A stretch of DNA of 64,000 bases from Gemmatimonadota bacterium (GTDB taxonomy: Bacteria; Gemmatimonadota; Gemmatimonadetes; Gemmatimonadales; GWC2-71-9), in assembly GCA_039592335.1 (NCBI GenBank), contig JBDHBX010000002.1:6901-70900 (forward strand), in the 5' to 3' direction. Positions within the stretch are counted from its first letter, which is position 1. The number at the start of each line of letters is the position of its first letter. The position numbers were made by a program, and so were the translations under genes. The notes under the pieces were generated by a model, which saw only the letters and a list, made by a program, of their open reading frames with translations, made no database searches and had not been told where the DNA came from. Below are positions 1-7,874 of this stretch, piece by piece.

Positions 1-593
1 AGCAGGGTGTAGCGCCCGGCCGCAGGCGCCCCGGTGCTGTCGAACCCATCCCAGTGAAGCAGCAAGCTGTCACCGACCTCGCCGTCGTACAGCGACAGCA
101 GGACGGAGCCGTCGTCGCGGATGAGCCGCGCGCGAATGCCGTGATAGGCGGCAGCATACAGCCGCACCGTGAAGGTGTCGCGTGCCAGGACGATCGCGGT
201 GTCGGCCGGCGCGACGGCCATGACCACGCGCGTGCTGCGCCGCACTTCGTCGTACAGCTGCAGTACCGGTGGTGGGAAGACGACCGCGTCCAGGTGGTGG
301 CGGGGATCGTGGACGACGAGACGGCGGAATGCGGTGGTGGCGGCGTTGCGCCTTCCACCGAACAGTTCGGCTGCCCCGAGATAGCTCAGGGCGGTGGTGC
401 GCTCGCTGGGGGAGAGGCCGGTCTCAGCGGGAACCGCCAGGGCTCGACGCAGGAACCCCACTGCCGCGTCCAGCTCCAGGTTGCGGTACGCCTCGATGCC
501 GTACTGCAGTTGCTCGGCGGCCGTCTGAGCGCGGGCACTCGGGGCGGCGAAAGCCGCGACGAGCACCAGGCACCCCAGAAGCCGGCGTGGCAC
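1..593 (-). CDS. Secreted protein, TPR-like N-terminal region plus FlgD-Ig-like C-terminal region (3' end runs off the window)
   Basis: My own translation of the minus strand. GTG at 593-591 gives VPRRLLGCLVLVAAFAAPSARAQ (signal peptide), then LQYGIEAYRNLELDAAVGFLRRAL, then LLLHWDGFDSTGAPAAGRYTL (FlgD-Ig-like). The ORF track omits it because it has no in-window stop. The start directly abuts the kinase stop codon at 594-596. Confidence 0.6.
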   Translation of the reverse strand, partial: MPRRLLGCLVLVAAFAAPSARAQTAAEQLQYGIEAYRNLELDAAVGFLRRALAVPAETGLSPSERTTALSYLGAAELFGGRRNAATTAFRRLVVHDPRHHLDAVVFPPPVLQLYDEVRRSTRVVMAVAPADTAIVLARDTFTVRLYAAAYHGIRARLIRDDGSVLLSLYDGEVGDSLLLHWDGFDSTGAPAAGRYTL

Positions 594-2177
594 CTACGGC
601 TGTTGCTCCCGCAGGACGATTCCCGTGAGGCGAATCGAATCGCCGGGCTCGACCACGATTACCTGCTCATACGGCTCGAAGCCGTCGCGCACGATGCGCA
701 CCGTGTGGGTACCCGCGGGAATCGGGAGGTCGAGGATCGGCGTCATCTGGAGCTGGCGGCCGTCGAGGTACACGTACCCCCACTGCTCCGACTGGACCCA
801 GAGGCGTGCCGGCTGCGTGGCTACGGCTGCCGGCGTCGCCCGATCAGTGCGGGGCGGCGCCGTGACGGGCGGCTGCTGCGGGTCCTGCTGTGTGGCCGGT
901 GATTGCTCCCCTTCATCGGCGCGCTCGTCCTGGACCGGCTGCCCCGCGGCCGCCGCGGTCAGCGCCGAATCCACAGTCGACGGCGGTGGAGCGCCCTCGC
1001 CGCCCGTCGCGTCCTGCAGTGTCGCTTCGGGGTACTGCCACAGCACCACCCCGGCCACGGCCAGCGGGGCGGCGACTGCCGCGACGAGGCGCGCCCGAGG
1101 CCGGCGCCAGCGCCGCCGCTGCTCGCGCGGGGGCGACTCCACCGGGAGCGGGGTGGGGTGAGAGAGCTCCTGCAAAGTGGGGTTCGTGAACCGCACGGAC
1201 ATGCGCCCGCCGAGCGCCTCGATGAACTGCGCGATGTCGGCGAAGCGGTCGTCGGGCTTCTTGTTCAAGCCGCGGCGCACGGCGTTGGAGACCCGATACG
1301 GCAGGTCGCTGCGCAGCTCGTACAGCTCCTTGGGAGCCTCGAGGCACTGCTTGCGGATCATGAGTCCGAGCGAGTTCGCGGCGAACGGGGTCTCTCCGGC
1401 GAGACAGCGATACGTCAGCACCGCCAGCGAGTACTGGTCGGAGCGTCCGTCTACGGTCTGGCCGTAGCACTGCTCGGGAGACATGTAGCTCGGCGTGCCG
1501 AGCGTGGTGCCCGTATTGGTGAGCGGGATCGCGCCAAATGCCTTGGCGATACCGAAGTCACACACCCACACCCAGCCGTCCTCGTCGATCAATACGTTCT
1601 CCGGCTTGACGTCGCGGTGCACGATGCCACGCCGGTGCGCGTAGTGCAGCGCGCTGGCCACCTGCCCGATGATCTCGAGCGTGGCGTCGAGCTCGAGGGT
1701 CCCGTGCTCCTCGAGCAGGTCGGCGAGGGAGCGTCCCTTGACGTGCTTCATGGTGTACCACAAGAAGCTGGACGTCGTCCCGACGCGGTAGATGGGGACG
1801 ATGTGGTGCTGATCGAGCGAGGCCGCGATCTTGGCCTCCCGGCCGAAGCGGTCGGCAGCGGCGGTGCCGAGCACGAGTTGGAGGGGCAGGACCTTGAGCG
1901 CGACCAGCCGGTTCAGCTCCTTCTCCCGTGCCAGATAGACCAGTGACATGCCGCCGCGACCCAACAGGCCGTCCAGCTGGTAGTCCGCGCCCAGCTGCCG
2001 GCGGACGTTGCGTTCAACCTCCTCGGCAGCCGGTAGCTCGGGCGGCTCGGGCCGCGGCGCGGGCTGATTGCAGTGGTTGCACTCCATGGAGTGCGGCAGG
2101 ATCTCACCCGTGCGACAGCTAGGGCAGATCATGGATCCCTCCCTTACCTCAGGAGGCATAGGTGCTCCCTGGCCCAT
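594..2177 (-). CDS. Ser/Thr protein kinase with N-terminal zinc ribbon and C-terminal PEGA-like domain
   Basis: 527 aa ORF. Kinase motifs HRDVKPENVLI, DFG and SPEQ are present. N-terminal CPSCRTGE...CNHCNQP is a CxxC..CxxC ribbon. A predicted TM segment (LVAAVAAPLAVAGVVLW) is followed by a C-terminal GYVYLDGRQ...VRIVRDGFEPY PEGA-like beta domain. GAGAGG lies 7 nt upstream of the ATG. Confidence 0.9.
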   Translation of the reverse strand: MGQGAPMPPEVREGSMICPSCRTGEILPHSMECNHCNQPAPRPEPPELPAAEEVERNVRRQLGADYQLDGLLGRGGMSLVYLAREKELNRLVALKVLPLQLVLGTAAADRFGREAKIAASLDQHHIVPIYRVGTTSSFLWYTMKHVKGRSLADLLEEHGTLELDATLEIIGQVASALHYAHRRGIVHRDVKPENVLIDEDGWVWVCDFGIAKAFGAIPLTNTGTTLGTPSYMSPEQCYGQTVDGRSDQYSLAVLTYRCLAGETPFAANSLGLMIRKQCLEAPKELYELRSDLPYRVSNAVRRGLNKKPDDRFADIAQFIEALGGRMSVRFTNPTLQELSHPTPLPVESPPREQRRRWRRPRARLVAAVAAPLAVAGVVLWQYPEATLQDATGGEGAPPPSTVDSALTAAAAGQPVQDERADEGEQSPATQQDPQQPPVTAPPRTDRATPAAVATQPARLWVQSEQWGYVYLDGRQLQMTPILDLPIPAGTHTVRIVRDGFEPYEQVIVVEPGDSIRLTGIVLREQQP

Positions 2178-2225
2178 GAAGCGGCCTCTCGCTTCGGATG
2201 AAGAGATCGTGAAAGGCGCGAGGCG

Positions 2226-5200
2226 TCATGGGACGTTCACCACGAAGTCGGTGGCCGACTCCGGGTTGCCGCCGAAGCTCACCCACGCGCTGGTGTAACC
2301 GGCCGCGTCGATCACCCGAGCTTGCCAGTGGTATAGGCCGTTCGCAAGGGGCGCCACGGGCACCTGCGCCACGTTACCGTCGGCCACCGCGAGGCCCGTG
2401 GCGGTGGGCGTCCCGGTGAACGCCACGCCCACCAGCTGCACCTCCACCTGCAGTTGCAGCATATCGCCTGGATCGGGGTCGGTCACGGTCGCCTTGAGCC
2501 GCACGATGTCCTCGTTGGTGGTGGCGCCGACGGCGATCATCGTAATGCCGTCGCCCCTGTATTGATCAAGGTCGCCCCCCGGCGCGTTGGGCGGCTCCGG
2601 GACCGCCACGTGGAAGTCCGCCGCGCTCTCGGGGTTGCCACCGAAGCTCTTCCACGCGCTGGTCCTGCCCGTCTGGTCCAGGGTGCGGATCCGCCAGTGG
2701 TAACCGGTGTCTTCGCTCAGCCCCGGGACCCCGACGGTGGCAGTGGCGCCGCTGGCCACCGCGCCGCTGGTGTCGGTGGCGACACCGGTGAACGCCACGC
2801 CCACCGGGCGCAGCTCCACCAGGAGCCGCAGCTGCTCACCGGGGTCGGGATCGCTCACCGTGGCCTTGACGATCACGGTGGTCTCATCGGTGGTGTCGCC
2901 CACGGCGAGCACGGTGGTGCCGTCGGCCTTGGTCTGGGTCTCAGCGCTGGGCAGATCGGGATCCTCCGGGACCGCCACGCTGAAGTCCGGATCGCCGACG
3001 CCGTACTCGACCCAGCCGCTCTTGCTATCCGTCTCGTCCACCGTGCGCACGCGCCACTTGTAATCGGTATCGTCGGCCAGACCGGTGACGCGTACGGTGG
3101 CGACCGTACCGGAGGCGACGGTTCCGCCGAGCACCGTGCCGTTGCCGTTGAATCCGGATCCGACCGGCTTTACCTCGGCCTCGAGCCGCAGCGTGGTGCC
3201 GGGGTCGGGGTCGGTGACGACGGCCTTCAACACGACCGTGTTCTCGTCGATCGTGCTGGCCGTCGGAATCATCGTGGCGCTGTCGCTCTCGACCTGCTCC
3301 AGGCTGGTGGGATCGTCGGGTGTCTCGGGCCCTTGGTCCACCACGAACGCCGGGTCGCTCCCGAAGGCGACCCACGCGCTCGCCCGCCCCGTCTTGTCCA
3401 CGGCACGGGCCTGCCAGCGGTGACCGGTGTTGTCGAGCAGGCCGGTAACTAGCACGGCGATGTCCACGCCGGTGCCGCCGGGCACAGGTGCGCTCTGGTC
3501 GGTAGCGAATCCGGTGAAGGGCTGGCCCACTGGCCTCACCTCCACCTCAAGCCTCAGCGTGTCCCCCAGATCGGTGTCGGTCACGTTGGCCCGGAGCACG
3601 ACGGTGGTCTCGCTGGTCGTCCCGCCCGCGGCGATGGCCGTGGTGCTGTCGCTCTCGCGCTGGCGCAGCACGGTGGGCGCGCCCGGCGCATCCTGGATTA
3701 CGGCCCGGAGGGTGAAGCTCCCCGTCATGGCGGGATCTCGCGAGGCAGCTTCCACCCGGTACATGTCGCTCGCCGACAGGTCGTAGTCGAGGCAGGCAAC
3801 GCCGAGGTCGTTGGAGCACACACCCTCATCCAGCACCGTGCCGGCCCCGTCGGTGAGGATCAGGTAGGGCACGAACGCGCCCTCCATGGACAGCGTGATC
3901 GTCTCTCCCGGGCTCCCGTCGAAGGCGTAGACCTTCGCAAAGCTGGCGCTGCGGTGGGGCGCGCTGCAGTCGCTGTCGGACAACGCGCCGCCGGGCTCGG
4001 CATCGGGGTTGATGTTGATCACCGCGCACGGCTCGATGGTGAACTCCACCGGCACCTCGATCGGGCTGCCGCTGGCTCCGGGGGCGGTGATGACCACCGT
4101 GTCGTGGTACGTACCCTCCGCGAGGCCGTCGGGATCAAGCGTGAGCTGCACGACGTCGGGCATCCCGCCCGTCGTCTTGGAGAGGCTGAGCCAATCGCTG
4201 GACTTGCTCCCCGACCATGTGGGCGAGCCGGTGCCCAGGTTGTCGATCGTGAGATCCTCTGTCTGGGGCGCCACGCTCCCCGCGGCAGCCGAGAGGCTCA
4301 CCGCGGTGGGAGTCACGCTCAAGTCCGGCGGCGTCACGATGACCGTCGTGCTGTCGGTCAGGGCGTCGGAGGTGCCGCGGACGAGTGCCTCCCCGGCCCC
4401 CCGGGCCGTGATCTCGCCGGTAGAGTCCACTACGGCCACCGTCGTATCGCTCGACGTCCAGGTGACGAGGGTGGCCGGGACCGGATTCCCCCGGCGGTCA
4501 CTGGCTTCCGCGATGAGCTGGCTCGAGGCGCCGAGGCTCAACAGCTCGACGGTGTCGGGCTCGATCTGCAGGGCCGTAATGGTCTGTAGCACGGTGACCG
4601 TGGCCGTGGCTGTCGCCGTGTCGAGGGTCGCCTCCAACGTGGCGTCCCGCCCGCTCACGCGCCCCACCACGCAGCCGCCAGCAGTGAGAGAGACCGTGGA
4701 ATCGGGGTCGTCTGCGACGGCGAGGTTAGGGGCAGCATCGGCGAGGACCTCGCCGCGCGCGTCCCGGGCCTCGTACGTGTGGCACAGGGTATCGCCCGCG
4801 CTGGTGAGGGTGGTCTCGGCGGGCGACAGGGCGAGCGTCGCGGCCACGACCCAGACGGTGTCGGAAGCCTCGACGTCAGTGCTCGAGACGGCGCCGCCCT
4901 CCACCTTGCCTGTGACGACGACCTTGCCCCGCGCACGACCCTGTACGAATCCCTCCGCATTCACTGTCGCGATCCCGCTGTCGCTGGTGCGCCACGAGAG
5001 CGGCACGCCGGCCTGCGTCTCGCCATCCACCCGCACGACGGGCGTGAGCAGGACGGAATCCGCCACCCCTACGATCGTCCGGGGCAGCTCCAGCTCGACT
5101 GTGGGGTCCTCGGGGGACGTCACCATATCACCGAGCCTGCAGCTGGTCAGAGCGACCGGAAGGCAGAAGAGCAAGAGGCCCGCTCTCAGCACGAAGAGAG

Positions 5201-5243
5201 CGGGCTGCTGAACGGGCAGCCTCGTTCTACCTGTCCGACGCAT
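2226..5243 (-). CDS. Large surface lipoprotein: Big_2-like Ig domains, BACON-like and pre-peptidase-C-terminal-like domains, and four C-terminal tandem repeats
   Basis: 1005 aa ORF. Lipoprotein-type signal (LLLFCLPVALTSC). Ig-like segments (IATVNAEGFVQGRARGKVVVTG; VAVVDSTGEITARGAGEALVRG). BACON-like segment SPTWSGSKSSDWLSLSKTTG. PPC-like segment FAKVYAFDGSPGETITLSMEG...YRVEA. Four roughly 115-aa repeats follow. Confidence 0.8.
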   Translation of the reverse strand: MRRTGRTRLPVQQPALFVLRAGLLLFCLPVALTSCRLGDMVTSPEDPTVELELPRTIVGVADSVLLTPVVRVDGETQAGVPLSWRTSDSGIATVNAEGFVQGRARGKVVVTGKVEGGAVSSTDVEASDTVWVVAATLALSPAETTLTSAGDTLCHTYEARDARGEVLADAAPNLAVADDPDSTVSLTAGGCVVGRVSGRDATLEATLDTATATATVTVLQTITALQIEPDTVELLSLGASSQLIAEASDRRGNPVPATLVTWTSSDTTVAVVDSTGEITARGAGEALVRGTSDALTDSTTVIVTPPDLSVTPTAVSLSAAAGSVAPQTEDLTIDNLGTGSPTWSGSKSSDWLSLSKTTGGMPDVVQLTLDPDGLAEGTYHDTVVITAPGASGSPIEVPVEFTIEPCAVININPDAEPGGALSDSDCSAPHRSASFAKVYAFDGSPGETITLSMEGAFVPYLILTDGAGTVLDEGVCSNDLGVACLDYDLSASDMYRVEAASRDPAMTGSFTLRAVIQDAPGAPTVLRQRESDSTTAIAAGGTTSETTVVLRANVTDTDLGDTLRLEVEVRPVGQPFTGFATDQSAPVPGGTGVDIAVLVTGLLDNTGHRWQARAVDKTGRASAWVAFGSDPAFVVDQGPETPDDPTSLEQVESDSATMIPTASTIDENTVVLKAVVTDPDPGTTLRLEAEVKPVGSGFNGNGTVLGGTVASGTVATVRVTGLADDTDYKWRVRTVDETDSKSGWVEYGVGDPDFSVAVPEDPDLPSAETQTKADGTTVLAVGDTTDETTVIVKATVSDPDPGEQLRLLVELRPVGVAFTGVATDTSGAVASGATATVGVPGLSEDTGYHWRIRTLDQTGRTSAWKSFGGNPESAADFHVAVPEPPNAPGGDLDQYRGDGITMIAVGATTNEDIVRLKATVTDPDPGDMLQLQVEVQLVGVAFTGTPTATGLAVADGNVAQVPVAPLANGLYHWQARVIDAAGYTSAWVSFGGNPESATDFVVNVP
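2229..3640 (-). repeat. Four tandem, diverged, roughly 115-aa (about 345-nt) coding repeats at the C-terminus of the surface lipoprotein
   Basis: Repeat core seen four times: (T/S)D(P/T)D(P/L)G..L(R/Q)L.VE(V/L)(R/K/Q)(P/L)VG..F(T/N)G ... Y(H/K/R)W(Q/R)(A/I/V)R..D..G..S.W..(F/Y)G..P...DF.V. Boundaries are approximate. Confidence 0.75.
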
Positions 5244-5573
5244 GGGCGCACTACCTACCGTCGGTTGAAGGACAGCTAAGTTATTGGCACTGTGGGACGT
5301 CCGCTAGGGGCGGGGTCGGGCACCGGCCCCGGCGGGCGCTCCCGACGGAATTTCTTCGCTGCGACAGCCACCCCAACCGGCCCGCCACCGTATAGTGTCA
5401 CTGTCGGGTCGGTGGCGCATCGGGAGGGAGTGGCGCCACCAGGGTCAACGGTGGCGGCAGTGACGTGTCGGCGGCTGTGCGCTGCCTCACATCGGCTAGA
5501 GGGTCGGATGCGGTCCCCGGGGGGCAGATTGGCGGCCTGCCGCCCCGCTGCGCGGGCTCATACCTTAGGGCTC

Positions 5574-6182
5574 ATGCCACGACCGCTCGACGACCAGTTC
5601 GGCCCGGACTTCCTCACCGGTAGCGAGGGCGACCGCCGCGCCTTCTTCCGGGAGACGGTGGGGCGCCTCGTGAACGAGGTGGTGCGCCGGGCGGAGCGGC
5701 GGGTGGCCCCTCTCCCGGTGTTCCGACCGCCGGGGGCCATGGACGAGGTCGCCTTCCTCGCGGCGTGTACGCGCTGTGGCGACTGCATCGACGTGTGTCC
5801 GGCGAACGCCATCGTGACGGCGCCGCCCGGGGCTGGTCTCGCGGTGGGCACTCCCATGATCGATCCGGCGGTGCAGCCGTGCACCGTGTGCAACGAGATG
5901 CTGTGTGCCAAGGTGTGCCCCACCGATGCGCTGGAGGTACCCGAGCGGGTGTGGGAAGGGTACCGCATGGCCACCCTCGAGCTCGTGCCGGAGCGGTGCA
6001 TCGCCTTCCAGGACGTGGAGTGCGGAGTCTGTGCCAGGGTCTGTCCGCTGGGCGAACAGGCGATCGGCCTCGATGACGCCGGCCGACCGGTGTTGTATGC
6101 TGAAGGGTGTGTGGGGTGTGGGGTCTGCGTGCGGGCCTGCGTGACCACGCCGTCGTCGCTGCTGGTACATCTCACTCTCTGA
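5574..6182 (+). CDS. NapF-like ferredoxin-type protein with four 4Fe-4S motifs
   Basis: Cys clusters CTRCGDCIDVCP, CTVCNEMLCAKVCP, CIAFQDVECGVCARVCP and CVGCGVCVRAC. N-terminal RRAFFRE is a twin-arginine-like motif. I chose the ATG at 5574. The track ORF from 5292 adds 94 aa of low-complexity sequence. Confidence 0.75.
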   Translation: MPRPLDDQFGPDFLTGSEGDRRAFFRETVGRLVNEVVRRAERRVAPLPVFRPPGAMDEVAFLAACTRCGDCIDVCPANAIVTAPPGAGLAVGTPMIDPAVQPCTVCNEMLCAKVCPTDALEVPERVWEGYRMATLELVPERCIAFQDVECGVCARVCPLGEQAIGLDDAGRPVLYAEGCVGCGVCVRACVTTPSSLLVHLTL

Positions 6183-6195
6183 GCAAGGAGCGGCT

Positions 6196-6549
6196 GTGGA
6201 GACGCCGTACCGCGTGGAGAAGCCCTGGGGCTACGAGCTCATCTGGGCGAAGACCGATCGCTACGTCGGCAAGATCCTGCACATCGAGCCGGGACACCTG
6301 CTGAGCCTCCAGTATCACGAGCGCAAGGATGAGACGATCTTTGTGCTCATGGGTGAGATCGTGTTCCGCGTCCAGGAGCGGGGCTCGGACGAGCTGGTGG
6401 AGCGGCCCATGAAGGAGGGGGAGGCGTACCACGTCACCCCCGGCACGGTGCACCAGATGGAGGCGGTCGTGTCCACCGATCTCCTGGAGGTGTCCACCCC
6501 GGAGCTGGATGACGTGGTCCGTCTCAAGGACCGCTACGGGAGGGCGTGA
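6196..6549 (+). CDS. Small cupin protein, type II phosphomannose-isomerase-like
   Basis: 117 aa. EKPWGYELIWAKTDRYVGKILHIEPGHLLSLQYHERKDETIFVLMGE is a cupin signature. GTG start is preceded by AAGGAG at 6185-6190. Confidence 0.75.
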   Translation: METPYRVEKPWGYELIWAKTDRYVGKILHIEPGHLLSLQYHERKDETIFVLMGEIVFRVQERGSDELVERPMKEGEAYHVTPGTVHQMEAVVSTDLLEVSTPELDDVVRLKDRYGRA

Positions 6550-6550
6550 G

Positions 6551-7534
6551 GTGAAGGTCATCCTGCCGGTGGCCGGCAAGGGGACGCGCCTGCTGCCGAT
6601 CACGAAGCACCTGCCGAAGCCGTTGGTGCGGGTAGCCGGCCGTCCGGTGCTCGACTACGTGATCGACAAGCTGCAAGGCCTCTCGGTCGAAGAGCTCATC
6701 TTCATCACGGGCCATCTCAAGGAGCAGATCGAGGAGTACGTCGGCGCGACGTACGACATCCCCGCGCGGTTCGTGGAGCAACAGGTGCAGGACGGCACGG
6801 CGGGCGCCGTGAACCTCGCGCGCCCCTACGTGGACGGTCCCGTGCTGATCGTGTTCGTGGACACCGTGTTCGATGCCGACCTCTCGCTGCTCCAACGCAC
6901 CGATGCCGACGGCATCATCTGGGCCAAGGACGTAGAAGACTACCAGCGCTACGGGGTCGTGGTGACTGACGAGCAGGGCTACATGCGGCGCATCGTGGAG
7001 AAGCCCTCGGAGCCGATCTCCAGGCTGGCGAATATCGGTCTCTATTACATCCGCGACTGGCAGACGCTGTTCGAGGGAATCGACCACACGCTCGCGGGGC
7101 CGCAGTTCAAGGGTGAGTGGTTCCTGACGGATGCCTTCCAGTACATGATCGATCACGGGCGCAAGCTGCTCACCGCCGAGGTCGGCGGCTGGTACGACTG
7201 CGGCAAGGTCGAGACGGTCCTGTCCACCAACCTGCACCTCCTCGAGCAGGGTGGCCGACGCTCCCCCGAGGAGCGGGACGGCGTCACGCTGGTCGATCCG
7301 GTGTTCGTCGCCGACGCGGTGACCCTGGAGGACTGCACGATCGGGCCGAACGTCTCGATCGACGCCGGGGCGGTCGTGCGCGGCAGCACGGTGCGGGACG
7401 CGATCATCGGGGAAAACGCCGTGGTCGCAGGCTCGACCGTGAACCACTCCCTGGTAGGGAATGACAGCGTCATCACCGACGTGGACCTGCATAACATGGT
7501 GGCGGCGCGGGACGAGATCGCCGAGGCACCCTGA
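6551..7534 (+). CDS. Sugar-1-phosphate nucleotidyltransferase with C-terminal left-handed beta-helix
   Basis: VKVILPVAGKGTRLLPITKHLPKPLV is a GxGTRxxPxTxxxPK signature. The C-terminal hexapeptide repeats read IGPNVSIDAGAVVRGSTVRDAIIGENAVVAGSTV. GTG at 6551 lies 1 nt after the cupin stop. Confidence 0.85.
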   Translation: MKVILPVAGKGTRLLPITKHLPKPLVRVAGRPVLDYVIDKLQGLSVEELIFITGHLKEQIEEYVGATYDIPARFVEQQVQDGTAGAVNLARPYVDGPVLIVFVDTVFDADLSLLQRTDADGIIWAKDVEDYQRYGVVVTDEQGYMRRIVEKPSEPISRLANIGLYYIRDWQTLFEGIDHTLAGPQFKGEWFLTDAFQYMIDHGRKLLTAEVGGWYDCGKVETVLSTNLHLLEQGGRRSPEERDGVTLVDPVFVADAVTLEDCTIGPNVSIDAGAVVRGSTVRDAIIGENAVVAGSTVNHSLVGNDSVITDVDLHNMVAARDEIAEAP

Positions 7535-7536
7535 CC

Positions 7537-7857
7537 ATGGGCATGCTGCTCTTCCTCGTGGGGTTGCTGGCCGCCCTTTCCGGCGGGGTGAAGCTGCGCA
7601 AGCGCATCCGCACGTCGATCGGTGCCTCGACGCTCGCGCGGGCCGAGATCGCGGTGGGAAGCCTCGTGGTCCTGGGATCGGGCGTGGGCCTTTCCACCAC
7701 ACCGGTCGCGCCGGTGGTGGTGGCCGCGACGCTGCTCCTGGTGGTGGTCTCGGCCGTTGATCAAGGACGCCGTGCGGCGCGGGCGCAGCGACATCGCGAG
7801 TTGTCGGAGGAGACGCGGCTCAAGACCTTCCTGCAGGGTGACGGCAAGCGACGCTGA
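7537..7857 (+). CDS. Hypothetical small membrane protein
   Basis: 106 aa with three hydrophobic segments and a charged tail. Third-codon positions are GC-rich. It starts 2 nt after the upstream stop. Confidence 0.55.
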   Translation: MGMLLFLVGLLAALSGGVKLRKRIRTSIGASTLARAEIAVGSLVVLGSGVGLSTTPVAPVVVAATLLLVVVSAVDQGRRAARAQRHRELSEETRLKTFLQGDGKRR

Positions 7858-7874
7858 CCGGTGAGGAGGAGGCC

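Noticed and set aside
54-902. 282-aa plus-strand ORF at the left edge of the window.
   Set aside because: Its sequence is low-complexity. It overlaps the minus-strand kinase 3' end and the minus-strand signal-peptide/FlgD-Ig-like gene, both of which have sensible protein features.
5300-5570. Possible tmRNA. GGGGCGGGGTCGGGC...CGACGGAATTT loosely resembles the tmRNA 5' end GGGGCUGAUUCUGGAUUCGACGGGAUUU.
   Set aside because: There is no tRNA-like 3' end (no GGTTCGA...CCACCA). There is no plausible tag reading frame ending in an ALAA-type peptide with a stop. The length before the next gene is too short. I kept it only as an unexplained structured leader.
5292-5573. N-terminal 94-aa extension of the ferredoxin ORF. 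Similar upstream extensions in the track: 25885 (ligA), 28884 (CDGSH), 31269 (etfA), 32737 (ETF-QO), 50985 (ubiE), 48013..49671, 57805..59091, 58823..60298, 14958 (arsA-like), 20443 and 6509.
   Set aside because: The extensions are Arg/Pro/Gly-rich, overlap the preceding real gene, or lack homology-like features. Internal starts give canonical N-termini, signal peptides or coupling overlaps.
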